A stretch of 64,000 nt of DNA from Bacteroidota bacterium (GTDB lineage Bacteria > Bacteroidota > Bacteroidia > Chitinophagales > Chitinophagaceae): the NCBI GenBank assembly GCA_018267615.1, contig JAFDYD010000019.1:29327-93326 (forward strand). The letters run 5' to 3'. Below are positions 34,100-45,582 of this stretch, piece after piece. Every line of letters begins with the position of its first letter. The first letter of the stretch is position 1. Position numbers and translations under genes: made by a program. The notes below the pieces were generated by a model, which had not been told where the DNA came from, did no database searches, and saw only the letters and a list, made by a program, of their open reading frames with translations.

Positions 34100-34537
34100 A
34101 TGGCGAGAGTTAAAATTGATTTACCCGACGCGTTCCCTTTTATAACGCAAATACCTATACGAATTACGGATTTAAATTATGGAGGGCATGTCGGCAATGA
34201 CAATATTTTGTCGATCATGCATGAAGCCCGTGTGCAGTTTTTGAAAAGCGTTGGATATACTGAAATGAATGTTGAAGGCGCCGGACTTATCATGAGTGCT
34301 GTTGCTATTGAATTCAAAAACGAATTATTTTATGAAGATGTAATTCACGCATCGGTAGCGGCCGGAGAATTTACAAGAATTGGTTTTGATATTTTTTACA
34401 AACTTGAAAGGCAAATGAATGGGAAAAATATATCCGTCGTCGTAGCTAAAACGGCAATGGTTTGCTATAATTATGATTTGAAGAAGATCGTGTCGCTGTC
34501 TGAAAAAGCAAAAAATAAATTGTCCGAAAATAAATAA
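34100..34537 (+). CDS. Acyl-CoA thioesterase (4HBT/YbgC-like hot-dog fold)
   Basis: IRITDLNYGGHVGND...EARVQF. Confidence 0.88.
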   Translation: MARVKIDLPDAFPFITQIPIRITDLNYGGHVGNDNILSIMHEARVQFLKSVGYTEMNVEGAGLIMSAVAIEFKNELFYEDVIHASVAAGEFTRIGFDIFYKLERQMNGKNISVVVAKTAMVCYNYDLKKIVSLSEKAKNKLSENK

Positions 34538-34559
34538 AAGAGATTCTTAAGTTGGACGG

Positions 34560-35309
34560 CTAGCTATTAACCTCGTTCCATATTTTCCAACTTTCTTCCG
34601 CCTGGACTACCAGCATTTGAGCACCGTTCTGAATCACTGCTCCCTTCTCCGCTCCTTTTCGCAGGAATAATGTTTTATCAGGGTTATAAATCAAATCAAA
34701 TAAATAATGCCGCGGAGATAAAGAGTCATAGGGCAAAGGCGGACATTGCTCAACATTGGGATACATACCAAGCGGCGTTGTATTAATAATCAAATAATAC
34801 TCGTTGATTAGCGAAGGCGAAACCTGATCGTATCCAATATGTTTTTTGGAATGAACCAAAGGATTGCGCGAAACAATTTTATAACTGATGCCATTTTTTT
34901 CCAAAACGTATTCAACGGCTTTTGCAGCGCCGCCGGTGCCGAGGATCAATGCTTTTGTATGGTATGGCTGCAGATTTTTTTTTAACGATTGTTCAAATCC
35001 AAATACATCCGTATTGTATCCGAATAATTTTCCGTTGCGGATATGTATGCAATTGCATGCAGCAATTCTCTGCACCACATCATTGCTGTAATCCAGAAAA
35101 GGAATTACCTGTTGTTTATAAGGGATAGTAACATTTAGACCTACCAAATCCGGCTGGGAAGAAATCAAACCAGGTAGCACATCGATTGATGGGAATGAGA
35201 AATTCTCATATACACAATCGGTGATATTTTCCTTCCTGAATTTCTCTGAAAAATATTTTTGGGAAAAAGAATGGCTCAAAGGATATCCAATCAAGCCGAA
35301 TTTTCTCAT
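34560..35309 (-). CDS. aroE: Shikimate dehydrogenase
   Basis: GYPLSHSFS, GLNVTIPYK, GYNTD, LGTGGAA, INTTPLGM. Confidence 0.93.
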   Translation of the reverse strand: MRKFGLIGYPLSHSFSQKYFSEKFRKENITDCVYENFSFPSIDVLPGLISSQPDLVGLNVTIPYKQQVIPFLDYSNDVVQRIAACNCIHIRNGKLFGYNTDVFGFEQSLKKNLQPYHTKALILGTGGAAKAVEYVLEKNGISYKIVSRNPLVHSKKHIGYDQVSPSLINEYYLIINTTPLGMYPNVEQCPPLPYDSLSPRHYLFDLIYNPDKTLFLRKGAEKGAVIQNGAQMLVVQAEESWKIWNEVNS

Positions 35310-36079
35310 TTAGCAAAAGTTTTGTCGAGGAACAAATGAAAAGTATCTCCCCTTAACCCAACGCGCATCGCTTCCAATGCAATCATTTCATTTGGGGCAA
35401 TATTGCCGAGGTTTACATTACAGCCGAGCAATTCGATAAAATATAATTGCTGTGCTTTTTGAGGAGCTTCCCACAATATTTTTTCCTGTGGAATTTGAGT
35501 TAATATTTCCTGCACCAAACCTTCTCTTACTTCGCCGGTGCCGCGATAGATTCCTACATTACCCGCTTCGCGCGCTTCCGCAATTACATATGATGCGCCT
35601 GCGTTTAATTCAGCACGCATAAGTTCGATCCATATATAAGGAGGAATAATATGTTCTGCGTCTTTACTTCCAACCTCACTCAACACAGTTCCTATTTTGG
35701 TCAGCTTTTCAATATAACCACATTTTTCCGCATGCGGAATGGTGATAGAACCATCACTAACTTCCATATAACTAATTCCAAATTCTTTGCAAATTGAAAT
35801 ATAGTCTTCGAATTGATTCCGGATCAGAAATGCTTCAAACAGCGTGCCTCCAAAATATACCGGGATATTGTACGATCTGTACACTTCAATTTTTTCAGCA
35901 AGATTTGGTGTGACAAACGATGTTCCGAATCCTAATTTTACGATATCAACGTGAGGGTGTGAAACGCTTAAAAAATTTTTTGCTTCCTCAATGCTAAGGC
36001 CCTTGTCCATTACCATTGTAATGCCCTTTTTTCTCGGCTTCTGATCTCTTTCTGGAATCTGCGTTAGTTTAAAATTCAT
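35306..36079 (-). CDS. Phosphosulfolactate synthase (ComA)-like protein
   Basis: GITMVMDKGL, DIVKLGFGTS, GGTLFE, EVSDGSI, LSEVGSK, IAEAREAG, WEAPQK, NVNLGNI; start set at MNFKL. Confidence 0.85.
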   Translation of the reverse strand: MNFKLTQIPERDQKPRKKGITMVMDKGLSIEEAKNFLSVSHPHVDIVKLGFGTSFVTPNLAEKIEVYRSYNIPVYFGGTLFEAFLIRNQFEDYISICKEFGISYMEVSDGSITIPHAEKCGYIEKLTKIGTVLSEVGSKDAEHIIPPYIWIELMRAELNAGASYVIAEAREAGNVGIYRGTGEVREGLVQEILTQIPQEKILWEAPQKAQQLYFIELLGCNVNLGNIAPNEMIALEAMRVGLRGDTFHLFLDKTFAK

Positions 36080-36115
36080 CCTATAAACATTTCTTATTAA
36101 AAAAAAGGTTAGGCG

Positions 36116-36123
36116 CAAAAATA
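36116..36123 (-). promoter_or_regulatory. -7 element TATTTTTG upstream of the comA-like gene
   Basis: TAnnTTTG match ~37 nt before the ATG at 36079. Confidence 0.55.
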
Positions 36124-36184
36124 GGAAACTATATCAAATGTATTTCGGAAAGAAGTAATTGGACTGGTAACCTACCGGAAAAGG

Positions 36185-37606
36185 CTAAAAGAATTTATTC
36201 TTCTTGAATCGTGCGATGACATCCACCACAGGTTGATATTGTAAAATAGAAGGATTAAGTTCTATCAATTTTTTTAAAAGTTTGGGCGCTTTTGTCATCG
36301 CTTTTTCAAGCTGAATTAATCCTTCCTTGGATTTTCCCAACGCAAAAAATACAGCGCTAAGATAAAATATAAATATAGGCTTGCCACCGGTAATACGTAT
36401 TGCTGCCTGTACCTGTTCAAGGGCTTCCTTATAAAAAGCAGCATTGTAGAGGCATCGGATCAACGCTTCCCAGCTTGAAATATTTTTTGGACGCATGCGC
36501 ACCACATTCGAAAAATATTGTATCGCTTCTTTGTAATCGCCCAGCTGCATTTTGCATTCACCCATTGCGAGATTATATTCCGGTTGCTTACCGTGAATAT
36601 GAATAGCGGTTTCAAGCTGCTTTACGGCATTTGACCATTGACCTTCGTTGAGATAAGTGCAGGCAATTTTATAATAAAGTTTGCTATCATGCTGATTCAA
36701 GTGTGAAGCTTTGCGATAATAAAATCTGGCCTGCGCGTAGTTGCTCAACTTATCATAGCAATGTCCAATTGCCTCGTATATTACATCCTCTGGCTTTGAC
36801 AATTCTAAAACTTTTTCCAGAGATTCAATAGCATCTCGAAATTTTCTGAGTCTGATATATGCATCTCCCATATTGCGATAAGCGTAATCAAATTTTTCAT
36901 CGATCGCTACCGCATATTTATAAGCGTCAATCGCTTTTTCGTACAACTTCAATCCCTGATAGGCAGCAGCCAGGTTGAACCACGCCAATTCACTGTAGGG
37001 GTTATTGTCGATTATTATCTGGTGAAGACGAATGCTTTCCTCATTTCGGCCCGTAAAGTCAGTCCAGAAACAAATTTTGTACAAAGCCTCTTCGTTATCC
37101 GGCTCCTGTTCTAAAATTAGTTTGAGACAATCAAATATTTTGTCGAATTCTTCATAGTCGTCATAAACATCGGCCAGTTCAAACAGTAACTCGATCCGTT
37201 CCTGTCCCTCAAAATGCTGGAGCGCATCTTCTAATAGCGTAACTGCTTTCTCCTGCTGATCTAGTGCGAGGTAAGCATCTGTTTTTAATATAAAAAGATT
37301 TATGTCAGTGGAGTCTAGCAACTCCGCCTGTTCAAGAATTTTTAAAGCTTCGTTATAATGTCGCGAGGCAATCATTAAATCCGCCTTCCTAATCAATAAA
37401 GAAGACGAATATGGGTATTGCTCAATGGCAATATCAGCGGCTTCAGTTGCCTGCTGCATATCTTCTTTGTCATCAAAATAATCGATAATTTTTTCGAAGG
37501 ATTCTTCGTCGAGAAATGAGTGACTTCGGCCGTTTCTCAAATTCTGAAATTGCTTCAGAAGCTCTTTTAGATCTTCGTGTTCTTGATGGTATGGATTTTC
37601 TTTCAT
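36185..37606 (-). CDS. Tetratricopeptide-repeat protein
   Basis: Repeated AWFNLAAAY...YEKAI...A, YAYRNMGDAY, helical TPR pattern across the length. Confidence 0.88.
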   Translation of the reverse strand: MKENPYHQEHEDLKELLKQFQNLRNGRSHSFLDEESFEKIIDYFDDKEDMQQATEAADIAIEQYPYSSSLLIRKADLMIASRHYNEALKILEQAELLDSTDINLFILKTDAYLALDQQEKAVTLLEDALQHFEGQERIELLFELADVYDDYEEFDKIFDCLKLILEQEPDNEEALYKICFWTDFTGRNEESIRLHQIIIDNNPYSELAWFNLAAAYQGLKLYEKAIDAYKYAVAIDEKFDYAYRNMGDAYIRLRKFRDAIESLEKVLELSKPEDVIYEAIGHCYDKLSNYAQARFYYRKASHLNQHDSKLYYKIACTYLNEGQWSNAVKQLETAIHIHGKQPEYNLAMGECKMQLGDYKEAIQYFSNVVRMRPKNISSWEALIRCLYNAAFYKEALEQVQAAIRITGGKPIFIFYLSAVFFALGKSKEGLIQLEKAMTKAPKLLKKLIELNPSILQYQPVVDVIARFKKNKFF

Positions 37607-37822
37607 TTAGTAGAGGTTATACTAAATTAAAGTATTCATTAGGTTTCACAAATTTTTTGTCTGATTAACAACTCTTTTAACAGAAGCCGCGTATCGATTA
37701 TTGGGAAGAAACCTTAATGTCGCCAATATTCACCGACAAAAGAGGCTGATTCTCACCATCTCAATCGTTAAAAAAGAGTAAAATAAATGATGGATGGTTA
37801 AAAAATACCCAAAATTTATTAC

Positions 37823-37830
37823 TATCTTTG
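37823..37830 (+). promoter_or_regulatory. -7 element TATCTTTG
   Basis: TAnnTTTG match; implies the ORF starts at ATG 37861 rather than the TTG at 37828. Confidence 0.65.
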
Positions 37831-37860
37831 CCTCGTATGTTATCAATAACTAACCATCAG

Positions 37861-38229
37861 ATGAAAAAATTGACTCGGCAGATTACGATCTGTGCAGTCC
37901 TTGTTGCGATGGTTGTTTTAACCTTTGCCAGCAAAGGCGGCGGCGGCGATAAGAAATACAACAACGCTTTCAGGAATAATTTTACTCCTATTCGCACCCT
38001 GAACAGCTTTACGCTCAGAACATCTCCCTCGTATAATGGTGGAAGTTATCTTTTAACTCCAGGAAAAGATAATAACAAGATATCTCTGAATACCATGATC
38101 ACTTATGAGAAAGGTAACACTACTTATATCCTTCCTTATAAGTATAAAGTGAATATTTCTTCGTTGAATAATGGCGGCCAAAAAACAAACTTGCAGTTCC
38201 TTGGCGTCAAGATTAAAATGCCTAAATAA
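37861..38229 (+). CDS. Small secreted hypothetical protein
   Basis: Signal peptide MKKLTRQITICAVLVAMVVLTFA; upstream promoter. Confidence 0.7.
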   Translation: MKKLTRQITICAVLVAMVVLTFASKGGGGDKKYNNAFRNNFTPIRTLNSFTLRTSPSYNGGSYLLTPGKDNNKISLNTMITYEKGNTTYILPYKYKVNISSLNNGGQKTNLQFLGVKIKMPK

Positions 38230-38335
38230 TCTCCAGTTTTTTTCTAGAAATCAACGCTACAATAAATAAGAGTTTGAGATTTTTTTTTATTCTAACACAC
38301 TTATAAATTCATTTTACACACCTACAACCGTCAAC

Positions 38336-39022
38336 TTATCTTTCAATATTTAGTTTTTTACTTTCGTCATAACTCATTTCACGATATCCACTTTTCGGAG
38401 TATCAAACTTTGATGCAGGAACAGGATTCAAATTAATAGAAGACAATGTATATTTTATAGTCGTCGTTCCTTTTGCAAATTCATATTCAAGTGGCAACCC
38501 ATCAAGATTCTTGAACTGCGGATCATAATCCTTGTTTTCAGGGATTAATTCTTTCGTATAATAAACTGTTATCAAAAACCCATCTGCGGTTGTTGCTGTT
38601 GCTTTCTCACATTTATATCCTGCAATCACTTTAGACTCTGCCGTCGGTGCAAAAGCCAGATTCTGATAACGCCTGTTTTTGTCCCGCCAGTTTTCAGGAT
38701 TGAGTCGGATAAGAAGTTTTTGTCCATTCACTTCGCGAAGTACTACAGCAAAGCCGGTTTTCCCATCATATATTGTGCTGGAGGAGAACAAAGAACTTAC
38801 AGTCTCGGTTCGACTCATATTTCCTTTGATGTAAATGGTGTTCGTTGCGCTGAAGGAAGGTGCTCCTGGTTTAGCTGCAGCACTATTATTCAATGTATAG
38901 TTGTAAACAATAGTAAGCTCCGATATTTTCTTTTGTGACCATGCCGCACTGATCAATATAAAATTGACTAAAAAAAATAAAGTTATGTGAGGGCGTTTTT
39001 TCATTTTGTGGTTATCTTTCAT
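38336..39022 (-). CDS. Secreted GLPGLI/DUF4412-like protein
   Basis: Signal peptide; ESKVIAGYKCEKA, VYYTKEL, LDGLPLEY, VPASKFDTP. Confidence 0.72.
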   Translation of the reverse strand: MKDNHKMKKRPHITLFFLVNFILISAAWSQKKISELTIVYNYTLNNSAAAKPGAPSFSATNTIYIKGNMSRTETVSSLFSSSTIYDGKTGFAVVLREVNGQKLLIRLNPENWRDKNRRYQNLAFAPTAESKVIAGYKCEKATATTADGFLITVYYTKELIPENKDYDPQFKNLDGLPLEYEFAKGTTTIKYTLSSINLNPVPASKFDTPKSGYREMSYDESKKLNIER

Positions 39023-39132
39023 TAGATGTCAGTGCAAATTCAAAGTTTAACCAATATAGGAAACTCCTCCTGATTTAACAAGCTGATAAGAGGCGCAATA
39101 AGAATAAACAGCATTTAAATAAAAATTGGATA

Positions 39133-40962
39133 CTACTTATTCTTATTTTTTTGTTGTGATTGTTGTAATTTTTTCTGCGATTCCTGCATTTGCTCAAACC
39201 TTTCCTGCCATTTAGGTTTTGTCTTTGGCTTCGCTCTATTGGCTTTGAGCTTTTCAAGTATTTTATCGTGGTCGATGATATAGGTTTGTATAACCCATTG
39301 AAGAATTAAAGTGATTGCGTTAGATACAGTGTAATACCAAGTTAAAGCCGAGGGAAGTCTATTAAAAAATAGCAGCAGCATCACTGGCATGATGTATGGC
39401 ATGTACTTCATTGCCGGATTGCTTTGGTCCGGTGTCATACTCATTCCATAAAGAGAGATGAGAAAACTTGTAACAACAGCCAATAATGCAAAAAGGCTTA
39501 CGTGATTTCCATATGCCGGGATATTAAAACCAAAATTGATTACAGCATCATAGGCTGATAAGTCTTTCGACCACAAAAAATGTTGATTCCGCAACTCAAT
39601 ATTCGAATTAAAGAAACTATATAACGCAAAGAATATGGGAATCTGCAAGAGTGCAGGGATACAACCTCCGATTGGATTTACACCCGCTTCACGAAATAGT
39701 TTCATCTGCTCCATTCCTTCTTTCTGCTTATCATTCACCCGCTTCTTCATTTCTTCTATTTCTGGCCTTAACGCTTTCATTTTAGCGCCACTCAGATAAC
39801 TGCTATAAACCAGGGGTGAAGTAAGCAACCTGATAAAAATTGTCAACAGCATGATCACTATACCATAACTCGAAATAAATTTCTTGAAGAAATTAAAAAC
39901 TGGCATAATTATGTAAACATTCACCGGTCGCACAAAAGAATAAAAATCTCTTCCGAGATCTACAATACGATCCATTTCCGGAGCTGTATTCTTCAGAATA
40001 TAAAAGCTGTTAGGACCATAATACAGTTGGAATGAAAGTGCAGCGGCATTTGACGATGGTATCTTCGCCTGAAGATTTGTTTCAACAGTACCAATCGTTG
40101 TTGAAGTATCAACTACATCACGAGCCCAATGCAGATCACCTGAACCAAAACCGTTTTTTGCAATCAGGGTTGTATTGAAAAACTGTTGGGCTACAGAAAC
40201 CCATTGTACTGGTTTCTCGAATTTTCTTTCTGTTTTTGAAGAGATGTAATCAAAACTATTGTCTTCGGAAAAGCAAACTTTTGACAACTGCTTTTCATAA
40301 GCGAGATTTTTCTGTGTGCATACCATCTGAGCATGCCAATTCAAATTGAAATTATTTTGAGAAAATAATCTTTCGGAATTGTTTATCTGCACATCCCAAT
40401 CAAGCAGATAGCTGCCTGGGCGAATTATGAATTGATGCTCGATAGATTCACCTTGTGGTGTGGGCAATTTAAATCTTATCGATTGACTGCCATCCTGATT
40501 TTTCGTTACCTGTCCTTCATCAAAATATAAATCACCAACCTGGGAAGATCCAACACCCGTATTTATGGGATAGGAAATTTTGTTGTTTGCGGCCGGATCC
40601 AAAATCTTTACAAAGCTGCTGTCAAAGGATCTGAACGCTTTTAATTGGACTTCTTTTGGCTGACCACCTTTATTGGTGAATACTACTCTGATGAGATCGT
40701 TTTCTACAGTCAGAAATTTTTCAGTGCCTGATACTGCTTTGTTGAAACCAGTAGCGGTATCGGGAGCATTTGATTTGTTTTTTGAACTGTCCTGTAGCCT
40801 TGCTTGTGATTCCTGCAGCATCTTGACCTTGGCAACAGAATCATCATAGATCTGTCTTTGCCTCTGTAACTCGTGGCTATTTTTGGTTGAAATAAACAAA
40901 TAAGTAAAAAGCAAAACACCCAGCAACACAAAGCCGATAATTGTATTACGATCCATACCCAT
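39133..40962 (-). CDS. yidC: Membrane protein insertase YidC
   Basis: MDRNTIIGF, SYGIVIMLLTI, AGVNPIGGCIPALLQIPIFFAL, WSKDLSAYD. Confidence 0.96.
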   Translation of the reverse strand: MGMDRNTIIGFVLLGVLLFTYLFISTKNSHELQRQRQIYDDSVAKVKMLQESQARLQDSSKNKSNAPDTATGFNKAVSGTEKFLTVENDLIRVVFTNKGGQPKEVQLKAFRSFDSSFVKILDPAANNKISYPINTGVGSSQVGDLYFDEGQVTKNQDGSQSIRFKLPTPQGESIEHQFIIRPGSYLLDWDVQINNSERLFSQNNFNLNWHAQMVCTQKNLAYEKQLSKVCFSEDNSFDYISSKTERKFEKPVQWVSVAQQFFNTTLIAKNGFGSGDLHWARDVVDTSTTIGTVETNLQAKIPSSNAAALSFQLYYGPNSFYILKNTAPEMDRIVDLGRDFYSFVRPVNVYIIMPVFNFFKKFISSYGIVIMLLTIFIRLLTSPLVYSSYLSGAKMKALRPEIEEMKKRVNDKQKEGMEQMKLFREAGVNPIGGCIPALLQIPIFFALYSFFNSNIELRNQHFLWSKDLSAYDAVINFGFNIPAYGNHVSLFALLAVVTSFLISLYGMSMTPDQSNPAMKYMPYIMPVMLLLFFNRLPSALTWYYTVSNAITLILQWVIQTYIIDHDKILEKLKANRAKPKTKPKWQERFEQMQESQKKLQQSQQKNKNK

Positions 40963-40985
40963 TGACGAAAGAATTTAAAGAGGTG

Positions 40986-40993
40986 CAAAGATA
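40986..40993 (-). promoter_or_regulatory. -7 element TATCTTTG upstream of yidC
   Basis: TAnnTTTG match 24 nt upstream of the ATG. Confidence 0.6.
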
Positions 40994-40997
40994 GGGT

Positions 40998-41092
40998 AAT
41001 GTGAGGATGTCAAAATGTGAAAATGTGTGAAGCTGACATGCAGATCACCTGAATAACCCACAGGCTTGCTCATACCCAAATTCGCACATTTT

Positions 41093-41093
<1 letters not shown>
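40998..41093. repeat. aatgtgaa-unit intergenic repeat (pyrG-yidC spacer)
   Basis: aatgtgaggatgtcaaaatgtgaaaatgtg plus distal cacattttc. Confidence 0.6.
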
Positions 41094-42772
<1,679 letters not shown>

Positions 42773-43259
42773 TCAAATTAATTTTTCGTGGATAGGTAAT
42801 AAGGTTCAATACCAACTCAGCGACGCTATTTACAACGCCCTTTTCTTTTTTCAATAATTTCCTAGTTAGTGAACCTACCGCTGACCTGCGGAAAATAAAA
42901 AATGGAACAAATTCCTGAAGGTCATGCAAACCTACGGCAATTTTTCCAAACAAGAAAAATGCTTCATCCCGGATGTGGATAAATACCGGGTTATTTCATT
43001 GTTGCAACACCGAAAATAAAATCATGTTTGAGAATCCTTATCATTAATAACTTGAACTGAACAAATCGGCCGGTAAAGAAGATTGTTTTTAATGGAAGGT
43101 TTAGGGACTTTTCATTAATGGTTGTGGAAAAAATAACTATCGGAAAACCAAAAATGGTTGACAATCTGCGGCACAAAAGCACAGGCACAAAAATGCAATT
43201 CCACGAATTGCAAAATCTTGAAAAAATAATTCAGGTAGCAGGAAAACTAGCGACAAGCC

Positions 43260-43445
43260 TTATTTTACCATTTTGGCCAAGATATAAGATGATTTTATCT
43301 TTTGATCTGCATCCTGTGCTGAAGAATGAGCAGCGGCGACATTATATTGGCTGGTTTTTTCTGATTGTTTGATCTTAACAGCGTGGAGAATACTTATTGC
43401 AGCGATTTCAATCAATAACACTATCACACTCATGTTCTTTTTCAT
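43260..43445 (-). CDS. Small single-TM/secreted hypothetical protein (61 aa)
   Basis: MKK + hydrophobic N-terminus; AT-rich upstream region. Confidence 0.6.
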   Translation of the reverse strand: MKKNMSVIVLLIEIAAISILHAVKIKQSEKTSQYNVAAAHSSAQDADQKIKSSYILAKMVK

Positions 43446-43640
43446 AGTTTAGGATTTAAACTTCTCTTTTATTGGCTTTTAGGGGTATTCCTTTAATTAG
43501 TTTATTCAAAAACGCAAAAAGGAACTAATTATTTTATAACACGGTGCAAGGTACAATCTATTGCTGGCAATAACGAATGCCGGGGCTGACAATAAGTCGC
43601 CCTTTAAGGTCTTAATAATCAAATAGTAGTAGCAACAAAA

Positions 43641-44438
43641 TCATTCTTTCGCTATCTTATCATAGCTGGCAACGAGTCCTTTGATAAGAGACGAACTAAA
43701 ACCACGATGTTCCATTTCGTTGAGTCCCGCGATTGTGCAGCCTTTGGGTGTGGTGACTTTATCAATTTCTTGTTCAGGATGAGAGTCTTTCTTTAGTAAT
43801 AATTCAGCCGCGCCCTTTACAGTTTGTGCAGCGATAAGACTTGCAGTAGCCGCATCGAAGCCGATTTCGATTCCGCCCTGAATATTTGCCCTAATATACC
43901 GCATGGCAAATGCTGTACCACAGGCCCCCAAAACAGTTGCAGCATCCATAAGTTTTTCATCAATTTTTACGGCCTTCCCTAATTGGTTGAATATGTCTTG
44001 CACATACTGTAGTTGTTCTTCTGTTGTATTTTTTGCCGATAAGCATGTCATGCTCTCCTGTATTGCGATTGCAGTATTCGGCATTGCTCTTACGATTGGA
44101 ATCTTTTTGCCAAGGACACCGGAAATCTGCTCAATACTTATACCGGTTACCACAGATACTAACACATGTTTATCTTCCTTAAAATCCTTTTTTATTGCCG
44201 TAAGAACGTCGTTTACCTGAAAAGGTTTTACGGCAAGTATTACCAGATCTGCATAGTGAACCGCCTCTTCGTTTTTATCGCTCACCAAAACTCCTTTTCG
44301 TTCCAGTTCATGCAGATGCGCAATATTCCGCCTTGTTACAAGAATATGTTTAGGCATTACAAATCCACTTTGAATCAATCCTTCTGCGATTGCCATCCCC
44401 AAATTGCCTCCACCAATAATTGCTATTTTCTTATTCAT
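43641..44438 (-). CDS. proC: Pyrroline-5-carboxylate reductase
   Basis: IIGGGNLG, VRAMPNT, VTTPKGCTIAGL. Confidence 0.95.
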   Translation of the reverse strand: MNKKIAIIGGGNLGMAIAEGLIQSGFVMPKHILVTRRNIAHLHELERKGVLVSDKNEEAVHYADLVILAVKPFQVNDVLTAIKKDFKEDKHVLVSVVTGISIEQISGVLGKKIPIVRAMPNTAIAIQESMTCLSAKNTTEEQLQYVQDIFNQLGKAVKIDEKLMDAATVLGACGTAFAMRYIRANIQGGIEIGFDAATASLIAAQTVKGAAELLLKKDSHPEQEIDKVTTPKGCTIAGLNEMEHRGFSSSLIKGLVASYDKIAKE

Positions 44439-44524
44439 TCCATTAATGCTTTGGCTAAAATTAACAAAAAAGAAGTTAGGTGAAATGAGAGCGTGTTAAG
44501 ACAACACATGTATTCATTCAAACA

Positions 44525-45505
44525 TTAAAAATATTTACCGGTACTGAGATAATTTCTAACATAGTCATTAATCCCTTTTTCCAAAGTATAAAAACTGTCC
44601 ATGTACCCGATACCCCGGAGTTTGTCCATGTTCGCTTCTGTAAAATATTGATAAGTTTGCCGGAGATCTTCGGGCATATCAATATACTTGATGCTCGGTT
44701 CCATATCCAATCCTGCAAAGGTAGATTTTACAAGATCATTAAATGTCCTTGCTTTTCCGGTTCCAAGATTATAAATCCCCGATTTTGGCTGATGAAGCAT
44801 AAACCAGTAGCAGACCTTTAATACATCTTTTACATATACAAAATCACGTAGCTGTTCCCCATCAATGAAATCGGGTCGATGCGATTTAAATAATTTTACA
44901 AATCCATCTTTTTTTATTTGATTGAATGCATGAAAAATTACGCTCGCCATTCTGCCTTTGTGATACTCATTAGGACCATACACATTGAAAAATTTTAATC
45001 CGGCCCAAAAGGCCGGTTTGTTTTCCTGGTGCAGCACCCACTTGTCAAATTCGTTTTTCGAAACACCGTAAGGATTCAGGGGCTTTAAAATATTTACTAC
45101 TTCGTGATCATCGTTATATCCAAATTCTCCGAGACCGTAAGTGGCGGCGGAGGACGCATATACTAAAGGAATATTGTGCACCGTGCAATAGTGCCATATC
45201 TTTTTTGAATATTCTACATTCAAATGCTGATGTATTGAATAATTGAATTCCGTTGTATCCGTTCTTGCACCGATATGAAATACAAATTCAATTTTTGGTT
45301 TGTTATGAAAAAGCCATTCAAAAAAATGTTCGCGTTCAATTTTTTCAGAAAATTTTTTGCCTCGCAAATTGGGGATCTTATCATCGCGACCGAAATCATC
45401 CACTAATAACAGGTTCGTGTAGCCGCGATAGTTAAGATATTCTACCAAACAACTACCGATAAATCCTGCCGCGCCCGTAACAACTATAATCGATTTTTTG
45501 TCCAT
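44525..45505 (-). CDS. rfaD: ADP-glyceromanno-heptose 6-epimerase
   Basis: VTGAAGFIGS, YASSAATYG, PLNPYGVSK, FFNVYGPNEYHKGRMASV, YQYFTEA. Confidence 0.93.
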   Translation of the reverse strand: MDKKSIIVVTGAAGFIGSCLVEYLNYRGYTNLLLVDDFGRDDKIPNLRGKKFSEKIEREHFFEWLFHNKPKIEFVFHIGARTDTTEFNYSIHQHLNVEYSKKIWHYCTVHNIPLVYASSAATYGLGEFGYNDDHEVVNILKPLNPYGVSKNEFDKWVLHQENKPAFWAGLKFFNVYGPNEYHKGRMASVIFHAFNQIKKDGFVKLFKSHRPDFIDGEQLRDFVYVKDVLKVCYWFMLHQPKSGIYNLGTGKARTFNDLVKSTFAGLDMEPSIKYIDMPEDLRQTYQYFTEANMDKLRGIGYMDSFYTLEKGINDYVRNYLSTGKYF

Positions 45506-45582
45506 TCAAACATTAGTTGAAATAGTTTATAAAACTTGTATCACTTTTCAACGGCAATTATTTTTTGGGATAAACACAATCG

